DNA from: the human T2T-CHM13v2.0 reference genome, Homo sapiens
Strand: one strand, 5' to 3'
Assembly: GCF_009914755.1 (NCBI RefSeq)
Contig: NC_060928.1
DNA length: 64,000 bases
Positions 11,750 to 26,058 of the stretch are shown in pieces. Both the position numbers and the translations under genes were made by a program. Numbering within the stretch: the stretch's first letter is position 1; each line of letters starts with the position of its first letter. The notes under the pieces were generated by a model that was not told where the DNA came from, searched no databases, and saw only the letters and a program-made list of their open reading frames with translations.

Positions 11750-14700
11750 TTTTAAATTGAAAGTTGTATTGAGATAATCTAATAAGAAATAACACAGAGA
11801 AATCCTACATGTATTTTACCTATATACATTTTGTAAAACTATGATGTAATTCCACAACTAGGGTATTTTCATCCACAAAATCCTTCAACGTATTCGTATT
11901 TCCTTACTTTCTTGTACTCATATGTATGCATTTAGTTCTATACAACTTTATTAAATGTGTCGGTTCAAGCATGTGCTACTATGGTCAAGATATCGAATAG
12001 TTCCATTGCCATGAGACCCTTCCTTTTGTCCTTTCATAATCACATCCACCTCTATCCAGCCCTTCCAAATTGTGTGTATGAAATATTTGACCATTTTTAT
12101 TGTGAGTTGGTGCAAGATATGCACCTACTTCAGAATTTTTATCATTCATCATTTGAAGAATATCTGGACTGATGCCAGATTTGGGCCATTATAAATGCAA
12201 CTTCTTTGAATAGTGTACAGATATATGTATTAAAAATATTTTGATTTCTCTAGCATAAATGCTAATGATAATCACTTTTCCTTTTCTTTTTCCTTCCCCC
12301 TCTTCCTTTATCTTCCCTCACCTTCCTTTCCCTCCCCTTACCTTCTCCTCCCCTCCGCTCCCCTCTCCTCTCCTCTCCTTTTCTTTCCTTTCTTTTCTTT
12401 TCCCTTCCCCTCCTCTCCCCACCCCTCCCCTCCTTTCCCCTCCCCTTCCCTCCCCTCCCCTCCCTTCCCCTTCCCTTCCATTTCCTTTTTTCCCCTTTCT
12501 TCCTCCCTTGCCTCGTTTCTTTCTTTTTTATTAATAAACTGCTGACAGATTTTGTTTTCTCTCAGAATGGCTATAACGTTTTCCATTCCCATCAGCATTG
12601 CATGAATGACTTAGTTTGTGCAGATCCCTGCCATAATGTATTACTGCCACACTTTTGTTGTTGCTGTTATTCTGCTGGTAGGTAGGGATACCTCATTGTG
12701 TCTTTAATTTGCACTTTCCTAATGGCTAATGATTTCCAACATATTTTCATGTGCTTATTTTTGACATCTGTATATTGTCTTTAGTATATAGTAAATGTCT
12801 GTTCATGTTCTTTGCCCCCTCATTTGTTATTTTGGTTAATTGATATATTTACTCTTGAGTTTTAAAAGTTCTTTGTATATTCTAGATATATCCTGTGATA
12901 AATAAGTATTTTCCAAATATTTTCTCCCTGTGTGTAGTTGTCTTTTCATCCTCTTTGTATGGGCTTTTACATAGCAAATTTTATTTTTGATGAGATTCAA
13001 TTTATGAATTTTTTATGGACTGTGTCTTTGGTGTCAATTCTCACAACCCTTTGCCTAACGCTAGGTTCTAAAGATTGTCTCCTATGATTTTTCTCACACT
13101 TTATACTTACGCATTTTAAATTCAATATTATGATCAATTTCGAGTTGATTTTCATATAAAGTTTGATGTGTAAGTAAAGGTTAATGTCAAGGTTTTTTGT
13201 TTATGGATGTCCAATTACCTTGGCATCATATGATGAAAAATCTATTCTTCCTTATTTGAATTTCTTTTGCACTTGTGTCAAAAATCAATTGGGCACATTC
13301 CTGTGGGTCTATTTCTAGGATCTGTCTTCTGTCTCACTGACCTATGTGCTTATTTCTCTGGTAATACTATAATGGTTTGATTACTGTAGGTCTCTAGTAA
13401 GTTGTAAGATAAGATAAAATAATTCCTCTCATTTTATTCTTCTTTGTAAAGGTAGTTTTAAATACTTTAAGGCCTGTGCTTTTGCATGTAAATTTTAGAA
13501 TAAGCTTGTGGAGGTCTACAAATTAATCTACCTGGGATATTAAACTATAGATCATTTTTAAGAATATTGATGTCTTTTTTGTTTTCATCCATAAATACAC
13601 TACGCCTCTCCATTTACTTAGGTTTTCTTTGATTTTATTCACCAGCATTTTCTAATTTTTAGCACAAAAATCGTATACATGTTTTGGCAAATACATTACC
13701 TGTGTATTTCATTTTCCTTAGAGTAGTTTTTTATGGTTTTGTGTTTTAGTTTCATTTTCCAAGTGCTCCTTGTCAGTAAGTAGAAATGTAATCAATTTTA
13801 GTGTGCTGACCTTATATTCTGCAAATTTTCTGAGCTCATTTATTATTTTAAAAATTTCTTTTGTGTATTCTGTTTTACATGCTTTTGGATTTTTGCATAG
13901 ATAATAATGTCATCTGCAAACAGAGACTGTTTTCTCCTTTCTAATCAGTATGCTATTTTCTCGACTTGCCTTATTGCAGAAGTTAGAATTTTCAGTATTA
14001 TGTGAACAAGAGTGGTAAGAGCAGACACACTTGCCTTGTTCTTGATCTTAGGGGAAAATGTTCGTTTTTTTAACCACTAGGTAAAGTGTTACTTGGCAGA
14101 TATTTGTAGGTAGCCCTTATCAATTTGAGGAAATTTCTCTATAATCATAACTTACTGAGAATAGTTATCATAATAGGTATTGAATTTTGTTAAATGTATT
14201 TATTGAATTAATTGATGTTTGTTCTTTAGCTTTTTGACATTGATGTGAAATAGATTGATTTTTAAATACTGAAGCATTCTTGTATTTCTGGCATGGTTAT
14301 GTTATCCATGTAACAAAATTGCACTTGTATCTCTTATAGTTAGACAAAAATTAAAACTCTATTTATATATTGCTGAATTATATTTACTAATATTTTGCTA
14401 ACAATGGTTGTGTCTCAGTTCTTGATAAATATTTTTCTATAGCTTTATTTTATTTTTTTGTACTCCTTTGGTTTGGGTATCAGTGTAATCCTAGCTTCAT
14501 ATGCTGAATTGAGAAATATTTCTTCCCTCCTATTCCACTCTTCATTAATTGTTAGATTGAGTTTGCCAATGAAACCCACTTGGTTAAAGATTTGTATTTT
14601 GTAAAATTATAAATACAATGATTGTAATAGTTATAGGAATATATAATGATTCACAGTAGCCCCTTATCATTCTTTTAGTGACTGCAGTATCTGTAGTGAA

Positions 14701-16290
14701 TCCCCTGTATAATTTCAAATTTTGGTAATTTGCATGCTTATGTCTTATCTATTTCTCAATGTTTAGTCAGTGTTGCTCAAATGTTACCACTTTTATTGAT
14801 TTTTTGAAGAAATAACTTTTTGTTTCATTGTTTTTCTCTATTACTTTTCCAGTTTTAATTACATTGATCTGCCCTATCCTTGTTTATTCCTTTAATCTGT
14901 TTAATTTGGTTTCATTTTACTCTTCTTTTTCTACTTTGGATGTTAAGCTAGATTATTGATTTGACTCTTTTTCTAATTTCTAGTTGATTGTTCTATAATT
15001 TTTTTCCTCAGGACAGATTTGGCTGCATTTCATATGCCTTTATAAGTTGTGTTTTCAATTTCATTTTATTTCTCTGTATTTTTTATTTCCTTTGAGATTT
15101 TCTTACCTACAGAATATTTAGTGTGTTTAATTTCCACGTGTTTAGAAATTTTCCTGTTTTCTTCAAGTTACTGACTTTTATTTTGATCCTATTGTGACCA
15201 GGGAACATGCTGTATATGTATAATTTCAATTCTTTTAAATTTGTTGAAGTTTGTTTTATGGTTCAGATACAACTTATTTTAGGAAATGGTCCACATGTAC
15301 TTGAAAAAAAAGGTGTATTATGCTGTTTCAGGTGGATGAATCTACATATGTCTGTTGGATTCAACTTGTTGATTGTGTAGTTCAGTTCTTCCATATCTTG
15401 CTGATTTTCTTTTTTTTTTCCCCCCTTTGGTTGCTAAGAGAGGGGTGTTGAAGTCCCCAGCCATAACTTGGTTTGTCTGCTTTTCTTTCATCATTTTGAT
15501 TCGTTTAATTGTCGTATTTTGAGGCTCTGTTGTTAGTTGTTTAAATATGTAGGATCATTAGGTCTTCCTGGTGTGCTTATTTTATCTTTATGTAATGTCT
15601 CTCTTTGTTGCTAGTCATTTCTTTACTGTGTACTCGACTTCATCAGATATTAAATATCACCACTCCTACTATTTCTGGATTCATGTTTTCATGGTATGTT
15701 TTTCCCATCCTTGCTTTCAACCTGCTTATATTATTAAATTTGAAACGTATTTCTTTTTAGCAACACATAATTGTCCCCTCCCCTTTTTTGTTATTAATTT
15801 TCATAATCTCTGACTTTTAACTGGAATATTTAGATCATTTACATTTAAGGTAAGTGATGTGTTAGTACTCGAGTATGCCATTTGATCATTTTTGCTTACT
15901 ATTTCAGTCCTCTGGTTCATATTTCACTGTTTCTTGTTTCTTGCCTTCCTGTGGTTTAACTTGAATACTTTAAATATTCCATCTTGATTTATTTATAATG
16001 TTTCTGAGCGCATGTCTTTGAAATTTTCTATATTTGTTGCTCTGGGTATTATAGTATATGTTTGTGACTTATAACATTCTACTGGTATCAGCATTTCACT
16101 ACTTTGAGTGAAGTGTGGAAACATCACTTTTGTTTGGGTAACTTTACCTTCCCACCTTTTAAAGTCCATTTTCTTGAGTATGAGATGGTGTTTTTTTTTT
16201 TTTAATCATCAAGTATGTGTTACAAAACTCATGAAGAGAAAGATAGACCTATGTATTCATTCTGCTCTTTTCCTTACTCTTCTCACCTGA
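11750..16290 (-). mobile_element. Old L1M (L1MC/L1MD-like) 3' UTR and ORF2 fragments
   Basis: T-rich antisense L1 motifs (ctcattgtgtctttaatttgcactttcctaatggctaatga; ccttgttcttgatcttaggggaaaa; tgttgaagtcccca). No ORF; boundaries approximate. Confidence 0.75.
12275..12530 (+). repeat. Polypyrimidine (CCCCT/CCCTT)-type low-complexity tract
   Basis: About 250 bp almost entirely C/T. Confidence 0.95.
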
Positions 16291-17493
16291 TTCTCCAAAC
16301 ATTTTATACATATTAAGTATTAAGATTTAGGGATATTCCTGTCCAGAAATAAATAATTGGCCTACGTTATCTCATTATCATTCTATCAGTACTTCTCTGA
16401 AGTAATACATATGAAGCACATAAAACGGTGTCTAACACATAGAGATTAGTAAAATGTATGTCTCCAGGTTTAGCTTCTGTTCACTATTTGACCTTCTTTA
16501 CCACATTTCATTTTTATGCATTTTATATCACCAATATTAAGCCATGTTCTAATATACAATTATGTCATACTTTTCAATGTCATGTTTATATAAATTGTTT
16601 TTATATTCTACAAATCTTTTCCCATCTGACAATTTCTTTCTCATCTTTCAAGATGATGTAAGTGTCACACCATTTGTCTTAATATAGGTAGTACCTCTCA
16701 GAGCAATCCACATCAGGCAACAGAGTGAAGCAGATGTAACAGAAGTTTAACCATTTCACTGTACTGTGAGACAGCTCTGATGGGCAATACTAGAACTTCC
16801 CACTGGGTTGATTAATGATTTGTTGATGCTGCAAAGAATTTTGATTTCTTGATCTTACAAATTTTGTTTTCTTTTTCTACCTTTTATAGATGTTGCTCTC
16901 TAATAAACATCTTGCACCCCTAACAACTTCTGTTTCCAGAGGGCCCAAACTGTGACAAAGAATGTCATAAGTGCAGCGAAGTGATTTGCATTTTATGCAG
17001 TGAAACCAGGTGTGCGAAACAACTAGTACATCAGAAAATTCAGCAATCCAGAATTCCGGTTTTTCAGAAAAGGGCAAGAGCAGGGCCAGGTAAGCATGAT
17101 GAGTACATGAGGGCTCAGGAATCAAACCAGGTTCTAAAGCCTAAACATGATCTCTACAATCTCCCAGGTAGTATGATTCCAATATGTTTCACCCATCCTC
17201 TGATGATAGTAACGTTGGTAGGATAAGAATAGACAAAAAATTAAAAAAAAATCAAATTTACCTAAAAAAGAGCATTTAGACAGAAAGTATAGTTAACTAT
17301 GAACTGTCTGGCAAAAAAATAAGTTACAAATACAAATATAAGTAAGCCACTGATGAGTCTGCCTATGGTGAGCATGCCTGTCTTTGGATGAGGACAATTA
17401 AGGTCAGGCAGGAATGGGTACTAAGGAATAATAAATATTTTTTTCAGTCTGTTTGAAAATGACATTTTATAAAATGTTAGGTTTTTTTTTTTT

Positions 17494-17848
17494 CTTAAAC
17501 AGCACAAATTTATTTTCTCATAGTACTGGAGGCTAAAAGTCCAATATCAAGGTCTGGAACATATGGTTTCCTCTGAGGCCTCTCTCTTTGACTTGCAGAT
17601 GGGTGCTTTCTTATGGCCTGACATCGTCCTTCTCTCTGTGCATACATACCCCAGTATCTCTTTGTTTGCCTAAATTTTCCCTTTTTTAAGTACACAAATC
17701 AGATTGAATTAGGGGCCCACCCTTTCAACTTAACTTTAATTTAATCACCCCTTTAAAAATCTTATCTCCAAATACAGTCACATTCTGGAATATTGAGGGT
17801 TTGGGCTTCAACATATAGTTAGGTGAGACACAATTCAACTCATAACAC
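17494..17848 (-). mobile_element. MaLR LTR (MLT1A/B-like)
   Basis: ctggaggctaaaagtccaatatcaagg...tctccaaatacagtcacattctg...gacacaattcaactcataaca, the reverse complement of the MLT1 start. Confidence 0.85.
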
Positions 17849-18284
17849 AATCTATTTAGAGATCACTTTTCTTCCATGCCTCTTGGTTACTGGACATTAG
17901 ACTTTAGCTAGAATACACAACACGCAACACAAGAAGTAATACGAAATATGTCTTTTCATGTTTTAGTAATATATCAGAATTTTCTGATCAATAATCTTAT
18001 TATTTTAATGAATGTAGAAATGACAAATATAATGTAACCTTAGTGTTAGTGATGAGGGCTATTTCAGATTAGACCACTAAATTGATATATAATGTGTTAT
18101 AATGTATAATGTGTTATGAATACCTTTATTTATTTAACTTCGTAATTTACCAGTGCCAATTTACACAATGCAAGCCATTGTAGAAGAAAATACCATTCTA
18201 AGTCAAAGGTTTAGGAATTATAACATTCAATGCTAGCAAACACAGATTTTATTCAATACTAGCAAAATAGCTGCTGATCGATAC

Positions 18285-19618
18285 TTTTTTTAACTTTTAA
18301 GTTCAGGGGTACATGTGCAGGTTTGTTACATAAGTAAACTTTTGTCATGGGGGTTTGTTGTACAGATTATTTCATCACTGAGGTATTAGACCTAGTATTC
18401 ATGAGTTATTTTTCCTAATCCTCTCCTCGTCCCATTCTCCAAAATATCCTAGTGTGTATTGTTCCCCTCTATGTGTCCACGTGTTCTCATCATTTAGCTC
18501 CCACTTGTAAGTGAGAACATATGGTATTTGGTTTTCTGTCCCTGCATTAGCTTGCAAAGGATAATGGCCTCCAGCTCCATCCATGTCCCTGCAAATGACA
18601 TAATCTTGTTCTTTTTTATGGCTACATAGTATTCCATCATATATATGTACCACATTTTCTTTATCCAGCCTATCATTGGTGGACACTTATGTTGATTCTA
18701 TGTCTTTGCTATTGTGAATAGTGCTGCAATGAACATACGTGTGCATGTGTCTTTATAATACAACAATTTATATTCCTTCAGGTATGTACCCAGTAATGGG
18801 ATTGCTGGATTGAATGGTACTTCTGTCTTTAGGTCTTTGAGGAATCATCACACTTTCAAATGGCTGAACTAATTTACACTCCTACCAATAGTGTATAATT
18901 GTTCCTTTATCTCCACAACCCCTCCAGCATTTGTATTTTTTGACTTTTTAATAGCCTTTCTGACTTCTGAGAGATATTAGCTCATGATGGTTTTGATTTG
19001 CATTTCCCTAATGATCAGTGATGTTGATCTTTTTTTCGTATGATTGTTGGCTGTGTTTAGGTCTTCTCTTAAGAAATGTCTGTGCATATTCATTGCACAC
19101 TTTTTAATGGGGATGCTTTTGTTGCAATTGCTTTTGGCATTTTTGTCATGAAATATTTTTCCACGCCTATATCCTGAATGGCTCATGGATAGGAAGAATC
19201 CATATTGTTATAATGGCCATACTGCCCAAAGAAAATTATAGATTCAACGCTATTATTTTTAAACTACCACTGACATTCCTCACAGAACTAGAAAAAAACC
19301 ATTTTAAAATTAATATGGAACCAAAAAAGAGCTCAAATAGCCAAAGCAATACTAAGCAAAAAGAACAAAACTGGAGGCATCATGCTAATCAACTTCAAAC
19401 TGTACTACATGGCTGCAGTAACCATGTAGATCACGATCTGATTTTCAACAAACTTGACAAAAACAAGCAATAGGAAAAGGACTCCATATTCACTAAATGA
19501 TGCTGAGATAAACTGGCTAGCAATGTGCAGAAGATTGAAATGACCCTTCCTTTCATCACATATAAAAATTAACTCAGGACGGATTAAAGACTTAAATGTA
19601 CAACCCAAAAGTATAAAA
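18285..19618 (-). mobile_element. 5'-truncated, 5'-inverted L1PA (older primate subfamily)
   Basis: Antisense 3' UTR/ORF2 end at 18285-19180, then sense-orientation ORF2 segment at 19181-19618 (ORF 19213-19473 MAILPK...RFNAI). Confidence 0.9.
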
Positions 19619-19900
19619 TGTTAATCAGCATATTGATTGCATATATGGGAAGAAATAAGATGCAATTTTAATCACCATGTTGTTAAGGTAGCATTTTGGA
19701 TAAAGAGGAAGAAAAATCCACTAATGTTTAAAATAAGTGCAAAATGAAATAGACTTTAGCATTTGTTTGGAATAGATGTAAGGGAAGAAGAAGCATCATA
19801 TGTTGGGGTTATAAAACAAAAATAGGAAAGTTAATGATGAGAGTTGTCATGAAATAGAGAAGTGGATGAAATCACTTGTTATTAAAGCATATATATTATT

Positions 19901-22900
19901 ATTATTTTTTATTTCAATAGGTTTTTGGGAAGCAGGTGGTGTTTACTTACATGAACAAGTACTTTAGTGGTGATTTCTGAGATTATGGTGCACCCATCAC
20001 CCAAGCAGTGTACACTGTACCCAATGTGTAGTCTTTTACCCCTCACCACCCCCCACATTTTCCTCTTAGTTCCCAAATTCCAATGTATCATTTTTATGCC
20101 TTTGCATCCTCATAACTTAGCTCCTACTTATAAGTGAGAACACATGATGTTTGGTTTTCCATTCCTAAGTTACTTCACTTAGAACAATAGTCTCCAATTC
20201 CATCTTGGTTTCTGTGAATGCCATTATTACATTCCTTTTTATGGCTGAGCAGTATTCCATGGTGTATATATCTTTATCCATTTGTTGATTGATGGGCGTT
20301 TGGGCTGGTTCCATATTTTTGCAACTGCAATTTGTGCTGCTATAAACATGCATGGCAAGTATCTTTTTTGTATAATGACTTATTTCACTCTGGGTAGATA
20401 CCTAGTAGTAAGATTGCTGGATGAAAAGGTAGATCTTTTTTTAATTCTTATAGGAATCTCCACACCCTGTTTTCCATAGTGTTCATACTAGTTTACATTT
20501 TCACCAACAGTGTAAAAGTGTTCCCTTTTCGCCACATCAACACATCTATTTTTTTTTAACTTTTTGATTACGGCAATTCTTGCAGGGGTGAGGTGGTATT
20601 GCATTGTGGTTTTGACTTGCATTTCCCTGATAATTAGTGATCTTGAACATATTTCCATGTTCTTGTTGGCCATTTGTATATCTTCTTTTGAGAATTGTCT
20701 ATTCATGTATTTAGGCCACTTTTTGATGGGATTGATTGCTTTTTCTTGCTGATTTGAGTTCCTTGTAGATTCTGGATATTAGTCCTTTGTCAAATGTATA
20801 GATTGTGAAGATTTTCTCCCACTCTGTGGGTTGTCTGTTAACTCTGCTGATTATTTCTTTTACTGTGCAAAAGTTTTTTAGTTTAATTAGCTCCCATCTA
20901 TTTATCTTTGTTTTTGTTGCATTTGCTTTGGGTTCTTGATCATGAAGTCTTTGCCTAAGCCAGTGTCTAGAAGGGTTTTTCCAATGTTATCTTCTAGAAT
21001 CTTCATGGTTTCAGGTCTTAGATTTAAGTCTTTGATCCACTTTGAGTTAATTTTTGTATAAGGTGAGAGACGAAGATCCAGTTTCATTCTCCTACGTGTG
21101 GCTAGCCAATTATCCCATCACCATTTTTTGAATAGGGTGTCCTTCCCTCACTTTGTGTTTTTGTTTGCCTTGTCAAAGATCAGCTAGCTGTAAGTAAGTG
21201 GCATTATTTTGGGGTTCTCTATTCCATTTCATTGGTTTATGTGCCAATTTTTATGCCAGTATTGTGCTGTTTGGGTGACTATGGATTTATAGTATAGTTT
21301 GAAGTTGGGCAATGTGATGTCTCCAAATTTGTTCCTTTTGCTTAGTCTTGCTATGGCTATCTGGGCTCTTTTTTTGGTTCCATATGAATTTTAGTTCTTT
21401 TTCCTAGTTCTGTGAAGAATGATGGTGGTATTTCAATTGGAACTGCACTGAATTTGTGGATTCCTTTGGCAGTATGATCATTTTCACAATATTGATTTTG
21501 TCCATCCATGAGCATGGGATGTATTTCCATTTGTTTGTGTTGTCTGTGATTTCTTTCAGCACTGTTTTGTAGTTTTCCTTGTAGAGGTCTTTTACATCCT
21601 TAGTTAGGTATGTTCCTAAAGATTTTTTGTTTGTTTGTTTTGTTTTTTCTGCAGCTATTGTGAAAGAGGTTGATTTCTTGATTTGATTCTCAGCTTGGTC
21701 GCTGTTGATGTACAGCAGAGCTACTGATTTATGTACATAAGTTTTGTATCCTGCAACTTTGCTGAATTCATTTATCAGTTCTAGTACCTTTTTCGATGAG
21801 TCTTTTGGGTTTTCTATGTTTATAATTATATAATCAGCAAACAGCGACAGTTTGACTTCCTCTTTAATGATTTGAATGCTTTTTCTTTCTTTCTCTTATC
21901 TGATTTCTCTGGCTAGGACTTCTAGTACTACAATGAATAGAAGTGGTGAAAGAAGGCATCCTTGACTTGTTCCAGTTCTCAGGGGGAAAGCTTTCAATTT
22001 TTCCCCATTAAGTATATTGTTGGCAGTGAGTTTGTCATGGATGGCTTTTATTACCTTAAGGTGTGTTTCTTCTATGCTGATTTTGCTGAGGATTTTAATC
22101 ATAAAGGGATGCTGGGTTTTGTCAAATGCTTTTTCTGTATTTATTGAGATGATCATGTGATTTTTATTTTTAATTCTGTTTATATGGTGTATCACATTTA
22201 TTGACTTGTGTATGTTAACATCCATTCATCCCTAGTATGAAACCCACTTGATCATGGTGGACAATCATTGATATGCTATTGGATTTGTTTCACTAGCATT
22301 TTGTTGAGGATTTTTACATCTATCTTCATTAGGGATATTGGTTTGTAGCTTTCTTTTTTTGTTATGTCCTTCCCTGGTTTTGGTACTAGGGTGATACTGG
22401 CTTCACAGAATGATTTAAGAAGGATTCCCTCTTTTGCTATCTTTTGACATAGTATCAATAGGATTGGTGACAATTTTTCTTTGAATGCTGGATAGAATTC
22501 AGCTGTGAATCTTTCTAGTCCTGGACATTATTTCATTGGCAATTTTTTTATTACCATTTCAATCTCAAGGTTTGTTATTGATCTGTTCAGATATTCTATA
22601 TTTTCCTGGATTAATCTAGGAGGATTTTATATTTCCAGGAATTTATCCATCTCCTCTAGGCCTTCTGGTTTATACATGTAAGATTGTTTATAGTAGACTT
22701 GAATACTCTTTTGTATTTCTGTTGTTTTAGCTGTAATATCACCCATTTCATTTGTAAATGAGCTTATTTGGATCTTCTCTTCTTTTTCCCTTTGTTAATC
22801 TTGCTATTGTTCTATCGATTTTATTTATCTTTTCAAAGAACCAACTTTTTGCTTCAATTATCTTTTTTATTTGTTTATTTCAATTCCATTTAGTTGTGTT

Positions 22901-25900
22901 TAGGTCTTTGTTATTTCTTTTCTTCTATGGAGTTGGGATTTGGACTGTTCTTGTTTCTGCAGTTCCATGAGGTGTGACCTTAGATTGTCTGTCTGTGGTC
23001 TTTCAGACTTTTTGATGTAGGCATTTTATGCTGTGAACTTTCCTCTTAGCTCCATTGTTGCTGAATCCCAGAGGTTTTGATAGGTTGTGTCACTATTGTC
23101 ATTCAGTTCAAAGAATTTTTAAATTTTCATCTTGATTTCATTGTTGATCCATTGATCATTCAAGAGCAGGTTATTTAATTTCCATGTATTTGCATGGTTT
23201 TCAGGGTTCCTTTTGGAGCTGATTTCCAATTTTATTCCACTGTGGTCTGAGAGAATACTTGACATAATTTCGATTTTCTTGAATTTACTGAGACTTGTTT
23301 TGCAGCCTATCAAAAAGTCTATCTTGGAGGATGTCCTATGCGCTGATGAATAGAATGTATATTCTGCAGTTGTTGGGGAGAATGTTCTGTAAATATCTGC
23401 TAAGTCTACTTGTTGAGCGGCATAGTTTAAGTCCATTGTTTCTTTGTTGACTTTCTGTCTTGATGGGCTGTCTAGTGCAGTCACTGCAGTATTAAAGTCC
23501 CCAACTATTATTGTGTTGTCATCTATCTCATTTCCTAGGTCCAGTAATAATTGTTTTATAAATTTTGGAGCTCCAGTATTAGGTGCATATATATTTAGAA
23601 TTGTAGAATTTTACTGTTAGTCATTTTATCATTATATAATATTCCTCTTTGTCTTTTTTAACAGCTGCTGCTTTAAAATTTGTTATGTCTTATAGACGAA
23701 TAGCTACTCCTGCTCACTTTTGGTGTCTATTTGCATGGAATACCTTTTTCCACCAATTTACCTTAAGTATATGTGAGTCCTTATGTGTTAGGTGAATCTC
23801 CTGAAGACAGCAGAAACTTGGTTGGTGAATTCTTATCCATTTTGCCATTCTGTATCTTTTAAGTGAAATATTTAGGCCATTTACATTCAATGTTAGTATT
23901 GAGATGTGAGGTATTAGTCTATTCATCATGTTATTTGTTGCCTAAATACCTTGTTTTTTAAAAAAAAAATTAATTGTTTTCTTGCTATATAGGTCCACTG
24001 AGATTTATGCTTTAAGGAAGTTCTATTTTGGTGTATCTTTAGAATTTGTTTCAAGAATTAGAACTCTTTTTAATAGCTCTCACAGTGCTGGCTTGGTAGT
24101 GGCAGATTCTCTTAGCATTTGTTTGTCTGGAAAAGACTGTATCTTTCCTTCCTTTATGAAGCTCAGTTCTGCTGGATACAAAATTATTGGCTGATAATTG
24201 TTTTGTTTAAGGAGGCTAAAAATAGGACCCTAATCTTTTCTGGTTTGGAGGGTTTCTGCTGAGACATCTGCTGTTAATCTGACAGGTTTTCCTTTATAGA
24301 TTACCTAATGCTTTTGTCTCACAGCTCTTAAGATTCTTTCCTTCATCTTGACTTTAGGTAACCTGATGATTATGTGCCTAGGCAATGATCTTTTTGTGAT
24401 GAATTTCTCAGGTGTTCTTTGAGCTTCTTATATTTGAATGCCTAGATCTCTAACAAGACCAAAGAAGTTTTCCTCAATTATTCCCTCAAATATGTTTTCC
24501 AAACTTTTAGATTAATCTTATTCCTCAGGAACTCCAGTTTTTCTTTGGTTTGTTCATTTAACAGAATCCCAAACTTCTTGGAGGCTTCGTTCACATTGTT
24601 TTTATTTTTTGTCTTTTCTGGATTGGATTAATGTGAAAGCTTTGTCTTTGAGCTCTGAAATTTTTTCCTCTGTTTGTTTTATTCTATTGCTGAGACTTGC
24701 AGTGCATTTTGCAATTCTCTTAGTGTGTCCTTGATTTCCAGAGTTGTGATTGTTTTTTGTTTATGCTATCTATTTCACTGAAGAATTTCTCTTTCAAGTC
24801 AGTTTTTGATTTCTTTAAGTTGGACTTCACCTTTCTCAGGTGCCTCCTTGATTAGCTTAAGTATTGACCTTCTGAGCTCTTTTTCTGACAATTCAGGGAT
24901 TCCTTCTTTGTTTGGATCCATTGCTGGTAGGCTTGTATAATAACCTTGTTTTGTCACATTACCAGAATTGTTTTTCTGGTTCTTTCTTATTTGGGTAGAC
25001 TACATCAGAGGGAAGATATGGGATTCAAGGGCTCCTGTTCAGATTCTTTTGTCCCATGTTGTGCTCCCTTGATGTGATATTCTCCCCCTTCCTCTAGGAA
25101 TGGGGCTCCCTGGAAGCCAAACTGTAGTTATTGTTTTTATCTTTCTGGGTCTAGCCACCCAGTGGAGCTACCAGGCTCCAAGCTGGTACTGGGGAGTGTC
25201 TGCAAAGAGTCCTATGATATGATCCATCTTCAGGTCTTCCACCAGCACCAGCTCCCATGGAGATAGCAGAGGAATGAAGTGGACTCTGTGAGGGTCCTTG
25301 ATTGTGTTTTTGTTTAATGTGCTGGTTTTGTGTTGGTTGGCCTCAGCCAGGAGGTGGCGCTTTTAAGAACTCATCAGCTATGGTCCTACAGGGAAGATGA
25401 AAATTTGCCCTAGGGAAACCTGGTTAAGTATTCAGGTTTCTCAGGCGGTTGACAGGGCCATAGAACCCTCAAGAGATTACGACCTTTGTCTTCAGCTACC
25501 AGGGTGGGTAGAGAAAGACCACCGAATGGGTGCTGGGATGGGCATGGCTGAGCTCAGCCTCTTTTTGAGTGGGGCTTTCTGCAGCTCCTGTGGGAGATGG
25601 GGGTGTGGTTCCCAGTCCAATGCAGTTATATTGCCAGGGGCAGTATGGCTGTCTCTGCTGAGTCACACAGGTCACCAGAGAAGTGGGAGAAAGCCACAGT
25701 CACAGGCCTTACCCTGCTCCCACGCAGCCCACCATCCTACAGGCTGGTCTCACTCCCACCGTGCCCCTCGTTTCAACAGCACTGAATCTATTTCCAGTCA
25801 GCCAGTGACCAGGCCTGAGTACTTGCCCCAGACTATAAGCCTCCCCATTGAGAAAGCAAACCAACTCACAGTTTTTTGGTGTCTCAGGGAGCCTAGTTCC

Positions 25901-26058
25901 TTCAAAGGGTCTGTGGATTTTCTTGGCTTTCCTTGTATGATCCTAAGGTAGTACTTGGAGCAAAAGTTCATGATGTGAGTCTCCACTTGCTGCTCTGTCC
26001 ATCTGAGCAGGAGCTGCAAGCTAGTCCTGCCTCCTATCTGCCGTCTTCTCACTCACTC
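19901..26058 (-). mobile_element. Near-full-length L1PB1-like element (L1PBa-type 5' UTR, decayed ORF1/ORF2)
   Basis: Diagnostic 3' end tttcaataggtttttggg...ggtgatttctgagatt. ORF2 fragments: EN 23714-23929 and 23119-23484; RT 21896-22225. 5' end gaagacggcagataggaggcaggactag. TSD catatatattatt (19888-19900) vs catacatattatt (26059-26071). Confidence 0.92.

Noticed and set aside
12259-12598. Pro/Ser/Phe-rich and Gly/Glu/Lys-rich ORFs
   Set aside because: Artefacts of the CT-rich tract.
25397-25951. 184-aa antisense ORF in the L1PB 5' UTR (ORF0-like idea)
   Set aside because: No similarity to L1PA ORF0 that I can recognise; GC-richer UTR sequence gives long open frames by chance.
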